Notes: generated by a model not told the origin, from the sequence alone. DNA of 64,000 nt from Intrasporangium sp. (GCF_030452765.1 NZ_JAKDLO010000001.1:25273-89272); one strand, 5' to 3'. Counted from the first letter of the stretch, positions 35,122 to 45,642 are shown. Numbers and translations: made by a program.

Positions 35122-36104
35122 GAGAGCCTCACTCGGGGGTCGACGAAGGAGTAGGCGATGTCGACGATGAGGTTCATCGTCACGACGATTGCGGCGGTGA
35201 CGAGGACGGTGCCGAGGATGATCGGCAGGTCATCCCGGCCGAGGGCGTCGAGCGAGAGCTTGCCGATCCCGTCGATCTCGAAGATCCGCTCGGTCACGAG
35301 CGTGCCGGACAGCAGTGCGGCGATGTCGAGACCGAGGATCGTCACGATCGGGCTGAGTGCGGCGCGCAGGGCGTGCTTGCCGACGACCTTGCGCTCGCTG
35401 ATGCCCTTGGACCGGGCCGTGCGCACGTAGTCCATCGAGAGGCTGTCGAGCATCGAGTTGCGGGTGTACCTCGTGTACCCGGTTGCGCTGACGAGGCCGA
35501 GGATGATCCAGGGTGCGATGAGGCCGGGCAGGAACTGGATGACGCCGTCGGAGATCGACCCGGCCTGCGGGAGGATGCTGTAGAAGCGCGTCGTGTAGAG
35601 GGCGAAGATCAGGGCGAGGACGTAGTACGGGATGGCGCCGAAGACCTGCGAGCCGCCGATGAGGATCCGGTCGAGGGCCGTGCCGCGGACTGTCGAGGCG
35701 AGGACACCGATCGTCACCCCGACGGTCACCATGACGACGACCACCCCGGCCGTCAACAGCACGGTCGCCGGGAAGCGGCTGAAGATCTCCTCGGACACCG
35801 GACGGTTCGTCAGGAACGACATGCCCAGGCACGGGGCGCTGCAGTGGATCGTGTCGCCGCCGAAGGGAATGTCTCGCCCCACGAACAGTCCCTTGAAGTA
35901 CTCGGCGAACTGCACCGGCAGCGGCCGGTCGAGACCCAGGCTCTCCCGGATCTGGGCGAGCCGGGCGGCTGTGCACTTCTGCTCCGGGCACATCGCCTGC
36001 GCCGGGTCGGCGGGGCCGGCGAAGAAGAGGAGGAACGCGGAGACGAGGGTGGCCAGCATGACGGTGATCGCGAGGCCGAGACGCCGCAGGATGTACGTCA
36101 GCAC
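35118..36104 (-). CDS. oppB: Oligopeptide ABC permease (OppB-like)
   Basis: MLTYILRRL, DYVRTARSKG, HALRAALSP. Confidence 0.92.
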   Translation of the reverse strand: MLTYILRRLGLAITVMLATLVSAFLLFFAGPADPAQAMCPEQKCTAARLAQIRESLGLDRPLPVQFAEYFKGLFVGRDIPFGGDTIHCSAPCLGMSFLTNRPVSEEIFSRFPATVLLTAGVVVVMVTVGVTIGVLASTVRGTALDRILIGGSQVFGAIPYYVLALIFALYTTRFYSILPQAGSISDGVIQFLPGLIAPWIILGLVSATGYTRYTRNSMLDSLSMDYVRTARSKGISERKVVGKHALRAALSPIVTILGLDIAALLSGTLVTERIFEIDGIGKLSLDALGRDDLPIILGTVLVTAAIVVTMNLIVDIAYSFVDPRVRLS

Positions 36105-36130
36105 GAGGGTGCCTTCCGGTGGTCGTGATG

Positions 36131-36197
36131 GGTGGGACGCGAGGGCGCTCGCGCCCCACCCGGGTGAGCCGGCCCGCCCCGCGTGGAGCTGGGCCGG
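36131..36197. terminator. Twin GC-rich hairpins after the substrate-binding gene (attenuator/mRNA stabiliser)
   Basis: GGTGGG-a-CGCGAG-ggcg-CTCGCG-c-CCCACC (36131-36160) and CCGGCCC...GGGCCGG (36169-36197). Confidence 0.6.
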
Positions 36198-36216
36198 GAC
36201 GACCCCTGTCGATGGG

Positions 36217-37980
36217 TTACTGCTCGATCCACATCTGGGTCATGGCCGGCATACCGTGGTTCGGGTCGTTGACGACGTTCTTGACCTTGGTGCCGAACAC
36301 GTAGTTGGCCTTGTCGTACTGGTAGGGGATCGCCGGCAGGTAGTTCTCGAAGAGCCACTTGTCGAACTTGCCCCACTCCGGACCGGCCTCCGTGATCGGC
36401 AGCTTCTGGATGCGCGCGACCTCCGCGTCGACCTTCGGGTCCTGCAGGTTGCCCCAGTTGGTGCTGCCCGAGGCCATCGAGACCGAGGTGACCATGGGCG
36501 GGAAGATCGAGTCCGCGGCAGGCCAGTCGAAGCACCAGCCGGCCGGTGCCTGCAGGAGGTTCTGTTCGCTCTTCGGGTCGGAGTAGAGGTCACGGCGGTC
36601 CTTGGCAGGCACCCCCATGTCCTTGACCTTGAAGCCGGCCGACTCGAGCTTCTGCTTGCGGACCTGGTTGACCTTCTGAGCCGTCGGGTCGTCATTGGTG
36701 TAGTAGTAGATCAGCTCGAACGGCTTGTCCGGGCCGTAGCCCGCGTCGGCGAGCATCTTCTTGGCCTTCGCCGGGTCGCCGTCGCCGGTGCCGTCGAAAC
36801 CGTCCACGCCCTTGTAGTCGAGCCAGCCGGGGATCTGTGGCGGGATGAAGGTCGTGCCCGGCGTGAACGAGTGCGGGGTCTGGCCACCGGCCTTGCGGAT
36901 CGAGTCGAACGGGTACGCGACGGCGACGGCCTTGCGGACCTCCATCGGGATCTTGGAGGAGACCATGTTGACCGTCCAGACGCACGAGGAGGGGCCCTCG
37001 ACGAACTGGTCCTTCTTCGGGCCCTCGATCTGGTCGATCAGCGAGGAGTCGATGGGGTCCCAGTTCATCGAGGTGGCATCGACGCCGTTGCTGGCGAGGA
37101 TCGCCTGCTGGACCTTGACATTGTCGACGCCGAACTTGAAGTGGTAGCCGTCGAGGTAGTTGTTGCGCGACGGGTCGGTGTTCGGGTCCCACTGGTCGTT
37201 GCGCACCAGGGTGAGCTCGGAGCCCGGGGTGTACTTGTCGAACTTGTAGGGACCCGTGGCGAGGGGATGAAGGGTGTAGTTCTTCTTGGTGTCCTTCGCC
37301 TCCGGGATCGGCGAGAACTGCGGGTAGGACACGAAGAAGGGCAGCGACTCGAAGCGCTTCTCGAGATGGATGACGACGGTCTTGTCGTCGGGCGCCTCGA
37401 CGCCGTTCCAGTTCTTGTCGCCCTGGTAGGGGCCCTTGTAGTCCTTGCCGCCCTTGAAGAAGTCGCGCTGGTAGGTCGGGGCGTTCCTCGCCAGGTCGGG
37501 GTCGAACGACCGCTTGATCGCGAAGACGACGTCCTTGGCCGTGACCGGCGTGCCGTCCTCGAACTTGATGCCGTCCTTGAGGGTGAACGTCCAGCTCAGG
37601 CCGTCGTCCGAGACCTTGCCGAGGTCGGTGGCGAGGTCGGGGACGAGCACTGACTTGCCGTCCCGCACCGAGTACGAGGTCAGCGTGCGGTGCGTCACAC
37701 CGAGGATCGCGATCGTGTCGACGTAGTACTGGTCGCTCGGGTCGAAGTTGGCCGGGGTGGTGGAGTAGGGGACGGTGAGGATGCCGCCCTTCTTGGCCCC
37801 CGGCACCTCGGGCGCGGGGCCCTTGGCGTCGGGCATGAGGCCCGAGGAGGCCTGGTCGAGCTTGCCCCCGCTGCCCGTCTCGCCGGGCTTGGTCTCCGCC
37901 GAGGGGTTGGGCGCGCCGCAGGCCGCGACGAATCCGAGGGACGCGGCCGCTCCCACGGTCAGGACTTTGGTCCAGCGCAT
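36217..37980 (-). CDS. oppA: Family-5 peptide-binding lipoprotein (OppA/BldKB-like)
   Basis: Signal peptide with lipobox VAAC; LVPDLATD, WTFTLKDGIKFEDGTPVTAKD, ATGPYK. Confidence 0.93.
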   Translation of the reverse strand: MRWTKVLTVGAAASLGFVAACGAPNPSAETKPGETGSGGKLDQASSGLMPDAKGPAPEVPGAKKGGILTVPYSTTPANFDPSDQYYVDTIAILGVTHRTLTSYSVRDGKSVLVPDLATDLGKVSDDGLSWTFTLKDGIKFEDGTPVTAKDVVFAIKRSFDPDLARNAPTYQRDFFKGGKDYKGPYQGDKNWNGVEAPDDKTVVIHLEKRFESLPFFVSYPQFSPIPEAKDTKKNYTLHPLATGPYKFDKYTPGSELTLVRNDQWDPNTDPSRNNYLDGYHFKFGVDNVKVQQAILASNGVDATSMNWDPIDSSLIDQIEGPKKDQFVEGPSSCVWTVNMVSSKIPMEVRKAVAVAYPFDSIRKAGGQTPHSFTPGTTFIPPQIPGWLDYKGVDGFDGTGDGDPAKAKKMLADAGYGPDKPFELIYYYTNDDPTAQKVNQVRKQKLESAGFKVKDMGVPAKDRRDLYSDPKSEQNLLQAPAGWCFDWPAADSIFPPMVTSVSMASGSTNWGNLQDPKVDAEVARIQKLPITEAGPEWGKFDKWLFENYLPAIPYQYDKANYVFGTKVKNVVNDPNHGMPAMTQMWIEQ

Positions 37981-38074
37981 GTGTTGTGCTCCCTTTTGTG
38001 CGTGTCCCGGCCTTTGTGCCGGAAACATCTGATGGGCCGGTGGCGTGGTCGGCGCTGCCGGCGGGTGGTCGGTG

Positions 38075-39115
38075 CTATCTCCGGGTGGTGGGGTCGAAGG
38101 CGTCACGGATCGAGTCGCCGAGCAGGCTCAGGGCCAGCACGAGCAACGAGATGCCGATGACGGGTGGCCAGAGCCAGAGGGGGTAGCTCTGGAAGGAGTT
38201 CTGGGCGTCCGCGATCGTGCGTCCCCAGGAGGCGGTGGGCTCGACGAGCCCGGCGCCGAGGAACGACAGGGTCGCCTCGGCGGTGATGTAGGCCGGCACC
38301 GCGATCGACGCGGAGACGATGATCGGCCCCACGAGGTTGGGCAGGATCTCCTTGAAGAGGACGTGCCTGGTCGGCACGCCGATGGCGCGAGCGGCCTGGA
38401 CGAACTCGCGCTCGCGCAGGCTGACCACCTCACCGCGCACGAGTCGGGCCAGCCCCATCCAGCCGAAGATGACGAGCAGGGAGATGATCAGCCAGAACCG
38501 GATGTTCGAGGTCTGTTCCGCGGTGAGACTGCCCCGGGCTCCGAAGCGCAGCTCGATGATCGGCGTCGCAGCGATGACGACGAGCAGGAAGGGCAGGCTG
38601 AGGAAGAAGTCGACGACCCACGAGATGGCCCGGTCGATCACACCGCCGAGGTAGCCGCCCACCAGGCCCATCGTCACGCCGATGACGGTCGACAGCGCCG
38701 CGGCGACAAAGCCGATGATCAGGGACGGGCGCGCCCCGTAGGTCCACCGCGCGAACAGATCACGGCCAATGCCCTTCTCGACGCCGAGCCAGTGCGAGCT
38801 GGTGATGCCTTCCTTCGGGAAGCCGTTGAGGTCGACGAGCTCGGGGTGGACCGCGTACGGGTCGGCCTTGACGCCGGTGACCGGGTCGACGGTCTGCAGG
38901 CTCGTCAGCAGGGGCGCGAAGATCGCGACGAGGATGAAGAAGAGGACGACGATGCTGCAGACGACGGCGACCTTGTCCTTCTTGAGTCGCTCCCACGCGA
39001 TCTGTCCGGGTGACCGGCCGGCTCGCTGGTCGTCCCGTTCGTGGGACGCCTCGGCCTCCTCGGCCTCGCGAGCCAGCTCCTCCGTCTCGGCGCCGAGGCC
39101 GGGCACAGTGCTCAC
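38075..39115 (-). CDS. oppC: Oligopeptide ABC permease (OppC/BldKA-like)
   Basis: HWLG...GRDLFAR, ARLVRGEV..LREREFVQAARAIG, ILPNL, EATLSFLG; start uncertain (39115 chosen). Confidence 0.9.
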   Translation of the reverse strand: MSTVPGLGAETEELAREAEEAEASHERDDQRAGRSPGQIAWERLKKDKVAVVCSIVVLFFILVAIFAPLLTSLQTVDPVTGVKADPYAVHPELVDLNGFPKEGITSSHWLGVEKGIGRDLFARWTYGARPSLIIGFVAAALSTVIGVTMGLVGGYLGGVIDRAISWVVDFFLSLPFLLVVIAATPIIELRFGARGSLTAEQTSNIRFWLIISLLVIFGWMGLARLVRGEVVSLREREFVQAARAIGVPTRHVLFKEILPNLVGPIIVSASIAVPAYITAEATLSFLGAGLVEPTASWGRTIADAQNSFQSYPLWLWPPVIGISLLVLALSLLGDSIRDAFDPTTRR

Positions 39116-39344
39116 TGCGGGTGTCTCCCATCCTCGTGGGTCTGCCTGACGGCCCCGTTCCGCTGGACCGGCCTCGAGGGGTGGGGCGATGCGGCGACCC
39201 GCAGCCACCCCCTCGGGACGAGCGTCATCCTGCCCTACGGATTCAGGGATATCCAAGTATTGGGACGCCTGGTTGACAAATCGTTACCGAAGGGCGCATG
39301 GAGACTGCAAGATCTTCGGGAGGCCGCGTGGCCCGGACCGGCCG

Positions 39345-40739
39345 TCACCGAGGATCGGGCCGACGGCCAAGGCGCCCCTCCAGCCATTGGAGCCGCGCGC
39401 GGAGCCGGTCCTCGAAGCCGCGGTCGGTGGGGTGGTAGTAGCTCGCGTCGGCGAGGTCGTCCGGCAGGTACTCCTGCCGCGCCACGGCATCCGGCTCGTC
39501 GTGGGCGTAGACGTATCCGGCGCCGTGCCCGAGCCGTTCCGCCCCGGCGTAGCCGCTGCCGCGCAGGTGCGCCGGCACCGCCCCGCCCCGGCCCGCACGG
39601 ACGTCGGCGATGGCCGCGTTGACACCCGCGTAGGCCGCATTGGACTTCGGCGCGAGAGAGTTGTGCACGACCGCCTGGGCCAGGATGATCCGTGCCTCCG
39701 GCATCCCGACCTGCGCCACCGCGTGCATCGCCGCGACGGCCGTCTGCAGGGCGGTCGGGTCGGCCATCCCGACGTCCTCGCTCGCCGCGATGACGACCCT
39801 TCGGGCGATGAAGCGCGGATCCTCCCCTGCCTCGAGCATCCGGGCCAGGTAGTGCAGCGCGGCGTTGACGTCGCTGCCGCGCATCGACTTGATGAGCGCG
39901 CTCGCGACGTCGTGGTGCTGGTCCCCCGCCCGGTCGTAGCGGACCGCGGCGTGGGCGACGGCCTGCTCGAGGTCACCCAGCGTGATCGTGACCGCGTCGT
40001 CGGTATGCCGCCCAGCGGGCTGCCCGTCCAGGGCCACTCCCGCGGCCGCCTCCAGCGAGGTCAGCGCCCTGCGGGCGTCGCCGCCGGCCACCCGCACCAG
40101 GTGCTCGAGGGCATCGTCGTCAAGCGTGAACTCCGCTGCAAGGCCTCGCTCGTCGGTCAGGGCAGAGTCGACCACCTCTCGAATGTCCTTGTCCGACAAG
40201 GGCGTCAGCGTCACGAGGATCGACCGGGACAGCAGCGGCGAGATGATGCTGAACGACGGGTTCTCCGTGGTCGCCGCGACCAGGATCACCGTGCGGTTCT
40301 CCACGCCGGGCAGCAGCGCGTCCTGCTGCGCCTTGGTGAAGCGGTGGATCTCGTCGAGGAACAGGACGGTCTGCCGGCCGTAGAGATCCCGCTCGCGCAC
40401 CGCCGCGTCCATGACGGCCCGAACGTCCTTGACCCCTGCCGTGACGGCGGACAGCTCGACGAACCTGCGGTCCGCCGAGGTCGCCACGAGGTGCGCGAGC
40501 GTCGTCTTGCCGGTGCCGGGTGGGCCCCAGATGATCGCCGAGAGTGGCCCGGCCGCGCCAGCGGAGCCCTCGATGAGCCGCCGGACCGGGCTGCCCGTGC
40601 GGAGCACGTCACCCTGGCCTCGGAACTCTTCGAGCGAGGCGGGACGCATCCGGGCGGCGAGCGGAGCGGCACCGCGCTGAGCGGCATACCCCTCCCCCTG
40701 CGCCGCGCTCGCGGCACCGAACAGGTCGTCCGAGGTCAC
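39345..40739 (-). CDS. rarA: Replication-associated recombination protein A (RarA/MgsA)
   Basis: PLAARMRP, WGPPGTGKTT, DEIHRF, ATTENP, SALIKSMRGSD, SEDVGMAD. Confidence 0.96.
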   Translation of the reverse strand: MTSDDLFGAASAAQGEGYAAQRGAAPLAARMRPASLEEFRGQGDVLRTGSPVRRLIEGSAGAAGPLSAIIWGPPGTGKTTLAHLVATSADRRFVELSAVTAGVKDVRAVMDAAVRERDLYGRQTVLFLDEIHRFTKAQQDALLPGVENRTVILVAATTENPSFSIISPLLSRSILVTLTPLSDKDIREVVDSALTDERGLAAEFTLDDDALEHLVRVAGGDARRALTSLEAAAGVALDGQPAGRHTDDAVTITLGDLEQAVAHAAVRYDRAGDQHHDVASALIKSMRGSDVNAALHYLARMLEAGEDPRFIARRVVIAASEDVGMADPTALQTAVAAMHAVAQVGMPEARIILAQAVVHNSLAPKSNAAYAGVNAAIADVRAGRGGAVPAHLRGSGYAGAERLGHGAGYVYAHDEPDAVARQEYLPDDLADASYYHPTDRGFEDRLRARLQWLEGRLGRRPDPR

Positions 40740-40756
40740 TGTGGAAGGCTATCCCC
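40740..40756. promoter_or_regulatory. 17-bp bidirectional leaderless promoter region
   Basis: Minus TAGCCT (40746-40751)-N6-GTG (40739); plus AAGGCT (40745-40750)-N6-GTG (40757). Confidence 0.55.
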
Positions 40757-42964
40757 GTGCAGCAGCCGACCTCCCCCACGGACCACGTCCGCACGGGGCC
40801 CTTGGCCTGGCTCGGCCGGCTCGTCGCGCACCACCCGAAGACGTGGCTGCTCGGCTGGGTCGTCGTCACCGTCGCGTGCTTCGTCGTGGCGGTCGGCGGC
40901 GTCACCGGCCAGTCGCTGTTCAACCGGCTCCACACCGGTGACCCCACGGTCGGCGGCGAGGCCCAGCAGGCGCGCACCCTCATCGAGCGGGTCGAGCCGT
41001 CCCTGGACAACCTCACGCTCCAGGTGCGTGGGGCCGACCTCACCGACGCCACCGCCGTCAAGGAAGCCGCGACCCGCACGCTCGCGATCCGGGACATTCC
41101 GGGGGTGCACGAGGTCCGCTCGCCACTGCTGTCCCCCAAGGGCCTCGACGACCCGGCCGCCGCGCCGCTGCTGGCCGGTGGCACACCCGGCTCGGGCGGT
41201 TTCGTCACGGTCGTCGACTTCGACGCGGACCTGACCAAGGCGCAGCAGGATGCGGCGGCGCAGCAGGTCACGACCGCCCTGCAGCAGATCCCCGAGGCCT
41301 GGCCGGACGCGACGGGCAGCGTGGGCGGTGTCGGCCCGGTGGTCGATGCGATCACCTCGACCATCGAGCGGGACCTGTTGCGCGGCGAGGGGATCGCGCT
41401 GCCGCTCACCTTCGTCGTGATGTTCTTCGTCTTCGGCGGATTCATCGCCGCAGGCATGCCGGTGGTCGGTGCGATCGCCGCGATCGGTGGCGCGCTGCTG
41501 TCACTGTTCGTCTTCTCGCACACGATCGAGCTCGACGCGACGGTGGTCAACATCGTCACCCTGCTCGGTTTCGGTCTGTCGATCGACTACGGCCTGCTGA
41601 CGGTGAGCCGCTTCCGCGAGGAGCTGGCCCTCGCTCGCGGAGAGCGACGGGGACTGACCCAGGAGCAGATCGTGGCCGCCACGGAGCGGACCGTGGCGAC
41701 CGCGGGACGCACCGTGCTGTTCTCGGGCCTCACCGTCGCCATCGCCCTGTCCGGGCTGCTCGTCTTCGAGGCGGAGATCATGAAGGCCATCGGTCTGGCC
41801 GGAGTGTCCGTGGTGCTCGTGGCCCTGATCGTCGCGATCACCCTGGTGCCCGCCTTGGCCGTCCTCGGCGCCCGTCAGCTGGCTCGCAGGGCACGGGTGG
41901 TCACGGTCGACGAGGGGGCCTTCTCGACCTTGGCGCGGGCCGTCCAGCGGCGCCCGGTGCTCGTCATCGTCGGGGTGACCGCCGTCCTCGTCTTCCTCGC
42001 CCTGCCGATCTTCTCGGTGAGACTGACCTCCTCGGGCACCGAGCTGCTGCCGAAGTCGGCGCCGCAACGCGTCTTCTTCGAGGAGCTTGCCCGTGACTAT
42101 CCCGCTCTGAGCTCCCCCGAGGTGACGGTCGTCGCCGCCTCCTCGGACCCGGCCGCGGTGACGGCGTGGGCACAGCAGCTCGAGTCGGAGCCGGGGGTCA
42201 CCTCGGTGTCCGTACGGCCACTCGGCACGGACCATCAGCTCGTCTCCGTGCGGGTGACCGGGCCACCCACCTCCGACGACGCCCAGGCGTTGGTCGAGCA
42301 CGTCCGCGAGACGCCGGCTCCCTTCCAGACCCTGACGACCGGGCAGGCCGCCACCCAGATGGACTTCCTCGCCTCGATGGCCCGAGGGGCGCCCTACGCC
42401 GTGCTCCTCGTCGTCGTCGGCACGTTCATCCTGCTGTTCCTCATGACGGGCTCGGTGGTCATCCCGATCAAGGCCTTGGTCCTGAACGTCCTTTCTCTCG
42501 GCGCGGCGCTCGGGGTCGTCGTGTGGATCTTCGAGGACGGCCACCTGCAGGGGCTGCTCAGCTTCTCATCTGTCGGCGCGGTCGAGTCGATGGTGCCCTT
42601 CCTCGTCCTGGCCTTCGGCTTCGGGCTCTCGATGGACTACGAGGTGTTCCTGCTCTCGCGGATCACCGAGTTCCACAACCATGGCCACGACAACGACCGT
42701 TCCGTGTCGCTCGGCCTGCAGCGCACCGGCCGGATCATCACCTCCGCGGCGCTGCTCATCGTCATCGTCTTCGCCGGCTTCATCGCCGGCGACATCCTCA
42801 TCATCAAGGAGGTGGGCGTCGCCCTCGTCGCGGCGGTCCTCATCGACGCCACCCTCGTGCGGCTGCTGCTCGTTCCGGCGACGATGACGGTGTTGGGTCG
42901 GTGGAACTGGTGGGCACCGCGGGGCCTGCGCCGGCTGCACGAGCGGTTCGGGATCACCGACTGA
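40757..42964 (+). CDS. MMPL-family (RND) transporter
   Basis: Two MMPL halves with GLSIDYGLL and GLSMDYEVFL, TGRIITSAA, LLVPATM..LGRWNWWAP. Confidence 0.93.
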   Translation: MQQPTSPTDHVRTGPLAWLGRLVAHHPKTWLLGWVVVTVACFVVAVGGVTGQSLFNRLHTGDPTVGGEAQQARTLIERVEPSLDNLTLQVRGADLTDATAVKEAATRTLAIRDIPGVHEVRSPLLSPKGLDDPAAAPLLAGGTPGSGGFVTVVDFDADLTKAQQDAAAQQVTTALQQIPEAWPDATGSVGGVGPVVDAITSTIERDLLRGEGIALPLTFVVMFFVFGGFIAAGMPVVGAIAAIGGALLSLFVFSHTIELDATVVNIVTLLGFGLSIDYGLLTVSRFREELALARGERRGLTQEQIVAATERTVATAGRTVLFSGLTVAIALSGLLVFEAEIMKAIGLAGVSVVLVALIVAITLVPALAVLGARQLARRARVVTVDEGAFSTLARAVQRRPVLVIVGVTAVLVFLALPIFSVRLTSSGTELLPKSAPQRVFFEELARDYPALSSPEVTVVAASSDPAAVTAWAQQLESEPGVTSVSVRPLGTDHQLVSVRVTGPPTSDDAQALVEHVRETPAPFQTLTTGQAATQMDFLASMARGAPYAVLLVVVGTFILLFLMTGSVVIPIKALVLNVLSLGAALGVVVWIFEDGHLQGLLSFSSVGAVESMVPFLVLAFGFGLSMDYEVFLLSRITEFHNHGHDNDRSVSLGLQRTGRIITSAALLIVIVFAGFIAGDILIIKEVGVALVAAVLIDATLVRLLLVPATMTVLGRWNWWAPRGLRRLHERFGITD

Positions 42965-43032
42965 ACACGTGTGTGAAGTAGCCGTTGACGGCAGTGATCG
43001 TCCGGTGCGCAGGCCCGGCTGGACACCAAGCG

Positions 43033-44847
43033 TCACACCGCGGTTGGAGCCCTGACTGCCGGCTTCGCGTCGACGCCGGCCTCCTTGCGCTGCTGGGCCG
43101 TGATCGGGGCCGGCGCGGCGGTCAGCGGGTCGTAGCCACCGCCTGACTTCGGGAACGCGATGACGTCTCGGATCGAGTCGGTCCCGGCCAGGAGCGAGAC
43201 GATCCGGTCCCAGCCGAACGCGATGCCGCCGTGTGGCGGGGCCCCGTACTGGAAGGCTTCGAGAAGGAAGCCGAACTTGTCCTGCGCCTCGTCCGGGGTG
43301 ATCCCCATGACTGCGAACACGCGCTCCTGCACCTCGCGGCGGTGGATACGGATCGAGCCCCCGCCGATCTCGTTGCCGTTGCAGACCATGTCGTAGGCAT
43401 AGGCGAGCGCCTCGTCGGGCCGCTCGTCGAAGGTGTCCTCGAACTCCTTCTTCGGCGAGGTGAAGGCGTGGTGCACGGCGGTCCACGCGCTGTGCCCGAG
43501 GGCGACGTCGCCGGATGCGGTCGCCTCGGCGGACGGCTCGAAGAGCGGTGCGTCGAGCACCCAGAGGAAGCTCCACGCGTCCTGGTCGATGAGTCCACAG
43601 CGGTGGCCGACCTCGAGCCGCGCGGCGCCGAGCAGCGCCCGCGACTCCTTGGCCCCACCCGCCGCGAAGAAGATGCAGTCGCCCGGCTCGGCCCCGACGT
43701 GGCCGGCCAGCCCGGCCCGCTCGATGTCGCCGAGGTTCTTGGCGACCGGGCCGGAAAGCACGACGGACCCATCCACAGTGTTCTCAGTGACGAGCACGTA
43801 GGCCAGCCCCTTGGCGCCGCGCTGCTTGGCCCAGTCCTGCCATGCGTCGAGCTGTTTGCGCGGCTGCGAAGCGCCGCCGGGCATGACGACGGCGCCGACA
43901 TACGGTGCCTGGAAGACGCGGAAGGTCGTCTCCGTGAAGTAGTCGGTACACTCCACGATCTCCTGCTCGAAGCGCAGGTCCGGCTTGTCGGTGCCGTACC
44001 GGGCCATCGCCTCGGCGTAGGTCATCCGGAGGAAGGGCGCGCTCAGGTCGACGCCGATGAGCTTCCAGATCTCGGTGACGATCGCCTCGCCGAGCTCGAG
44101 GATGTCGTCCTGCTCGACGAAGCTCATCTCGATGTCGAGCTGGGTGAACTCCGGCTGCCGGTCGGCGCGGAAGTCCTCGTCGCGGTAGCACCGGGCGATC
44201 TGGTAGTAGCGCTCCATCCCGGCGACCATGAGCAGCTGCTTGAACAGCTGTGGGCTCTGCGGCAGCGCGTACCAGCTGCCCGGGGCCAACCGTGCGGGCA
44301 CCAGAAAGTCGCGCGCCCCCTCGGGTGTCGACCGGGTCAGGGTCGGGGTCTCGATCTCGATGAAGTCCCGCTCCCCCAGCACCGTGCGGGCCGCGTCGTT
44401 GACCTTGCTGCGCAGCCGGATGGCGGTGCCCGCCGAGTGCGCGCCGGGGCGGCGCAGGTCGAGGTAGCGGTGCTTGAGTCGTGCTTCCTCGCCCACGGTG
44501 ACCCGCTCGTCGATCTGGAAGGGCAGCGGCGCGCTCGGGTTGAGCACCTCCAGCTCGTTCGCGACGACCTCGACCTCGCCGGTCGGCAGGTCCGGGTTGG
44601 CGTTGCCCTCAGGACGCAGGCGCACGTCGCCGGTGACGCGCACGCAGTACTCGTTGCGCACCTCGTGCGCGCCTCCCTCGGCGAGTACCTCGTCACGCGC
44701 CACGACCTGAGCGGCGCCACTCGCGTCACGCAGGTCGAGGAAGGCCACTCCACCGTGGTCTCGCCGCCGCGCCACCCAACCGGTGAGGGTGACGGTTGTA
44801 CCTGCGTGGTCGGCGCGCAGTGTGCCGGCCTCGTGTGTGCGGAGCAC
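43033..44847 (-). CDS. aspS: Aspartate--tRNA ligase, probably non-discriminating (Asp/Asn)
   Basis: [16 protein letters not shown] (His typical of ND-AspRS), [15 protein letters not shown]-like [21 protein letters not shown]. Confidence 0.96.
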   Translation of the reverse strand: MLRTHEAGTLRADHAGTTVTLTGWVARRRDHGGVAFLDLRDASGAAQVVARDEVLAEGGAHEVRNEYCVRVTGDVRLRPEGNANPDLPTGEVEVVANELEVLNPSAPLPFQIDERVTVGEEARLKHRYLDLRRPGAHSAGTAIRLRSKVNDAARTVLGERDFIEIETPTLTRSTPEGARDFLVPARLAPGSWYALPQSPQLFKQLLMVAGMERYYQIARCYRDEDFRADRQPEFTQLDIEMSFVEQDDILELGEAIVTEIWKLIGVDLSAPFLRMTYAEAMARYGTDKPDLRFEQEIVECTDYFTETTFRVFQAPYVGAVVMPGGASQPRKQLDAWQDWAKQRGAKGLAYVLVTENTVDGSVVLSGPVAKNLGDIERAGLAGHVGAEPGDCIFFAAGGAKESRALLGAARLEVGHRCGLIDQDAWSFLWVLDAPLFEPSAEATASGDVALGHSAWTAVHHAFTSPKKEFEDTFDERPDEALAYAYDMVCNGNEIGGGSIRIHRREVQERVFAVMGITPDEAQDKFGFLLEAFQYGAPPHGGIAFGWDRIVSLLAGTDSIRDVIAFPKSGGGYDPLTAAPAPITAQQRKEAGVDAKPAVRAPTAV

Positions 44848-44922
44848 GAAGGTGTCCTTCCGGGGTGGTGAGTGGTTGGTGGTATGCCGCCGAGCTCGGC
44901 GAGTGGGCACCAGCGCCTCATC

Positions 44923-45642
44923 CTACGGTGTGGTGACGATCCGTCCGGCGTGCAGCTCGATGGTCCGGTCGCACCGGCCGGCGATGGTCGGGTCGTGGGT
45001 GGCCAGGATGAGGGCACCGTCGGGATGCTGGAGCTGTAGCAGCCGTTCGACGACGAGCTCGCGGTGGGCAGGGTCCTGCTCGGCGGTGGGCTCGTCGGCG
45101 AGCAGGACGAATGGCTCGAGGGCCAGGGCGCGGGCGACGGCGACCCGCTGCTGCTGTCCACCCGACAGGGCGCCGACGAGCTGGTCCGCGTGCGTCTCGA
45201 GGTCGAGGTCTGCCAGGGCGGCTGCCGCTCGCTCGACGGCGCGGGCGGGCGGGTGCCCGGCCGCGCGCAGCGTGACCTCGACGTTCTCGGCGGCGGTGAG
45301 CAGGGGGAGCAGGCCGTAGCCCTGCAGGACCAGTGCCGTGCTCACGCCGGCCGCGTCACCCGGGGACCCCGCCACATCGACCGGCGCCGTGACGTCCAGC
45401 CCTGCCGTGACGACCTGGCCCGAGTCCGGCGTCAGCAGGCCGGCGACGATGGTCAGCAGGGTGGTCTTGCCCGATCCGGACGGCCCGACGATGGCGACCC
45501 GCTCCCCCGCGGCCACGTCGATGCCGACGTCGTCGAGGATGACCTGCCCGGCGCGGGCGAACCCGAGGTGTTCGACGCGAACCAGCGGCCCACTGCTTCT
45601 CGGCACCGTCCTGCCGCTGCCCGTCTCGCTCGCCCCACTCAT
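44923..45642 (-). CDS. ABC ATPase (LolD/MacB-like)
   Basis: GPSGSGKT, LSGGQQQR, LADEPT, ATHD; ATG overlaps the upstream stop. Confidence 0.9.
   Translation of the reverse strand: MSGASETGSGRTVPRSSGPLVRVEHLGFARAGQVILDDVGIDVAAGERVAIVGPSGSGKTTLLTIVAGLLTPDSGQVVTAGLDVTAPVDVAGSPGDAAGVSTALVLQGYGLLPLLTAAENVEVTLRAAGHPPARAVERAAAALADLDLETHADQLVGALSGGQQQRVAVARALALEPFVLLADEPTAEQDPAHRELVVERLLQLQHPDGALILATHDPTIAGRCDRTIELHAGRIVTTP

Noticed and set aside
39273-39278. Perfect TTGACA on the + strand upstream of oppC
   Set aside because: No matching -10 box at 16-18 bp and it points antisense into rarA; not called as a promoter.
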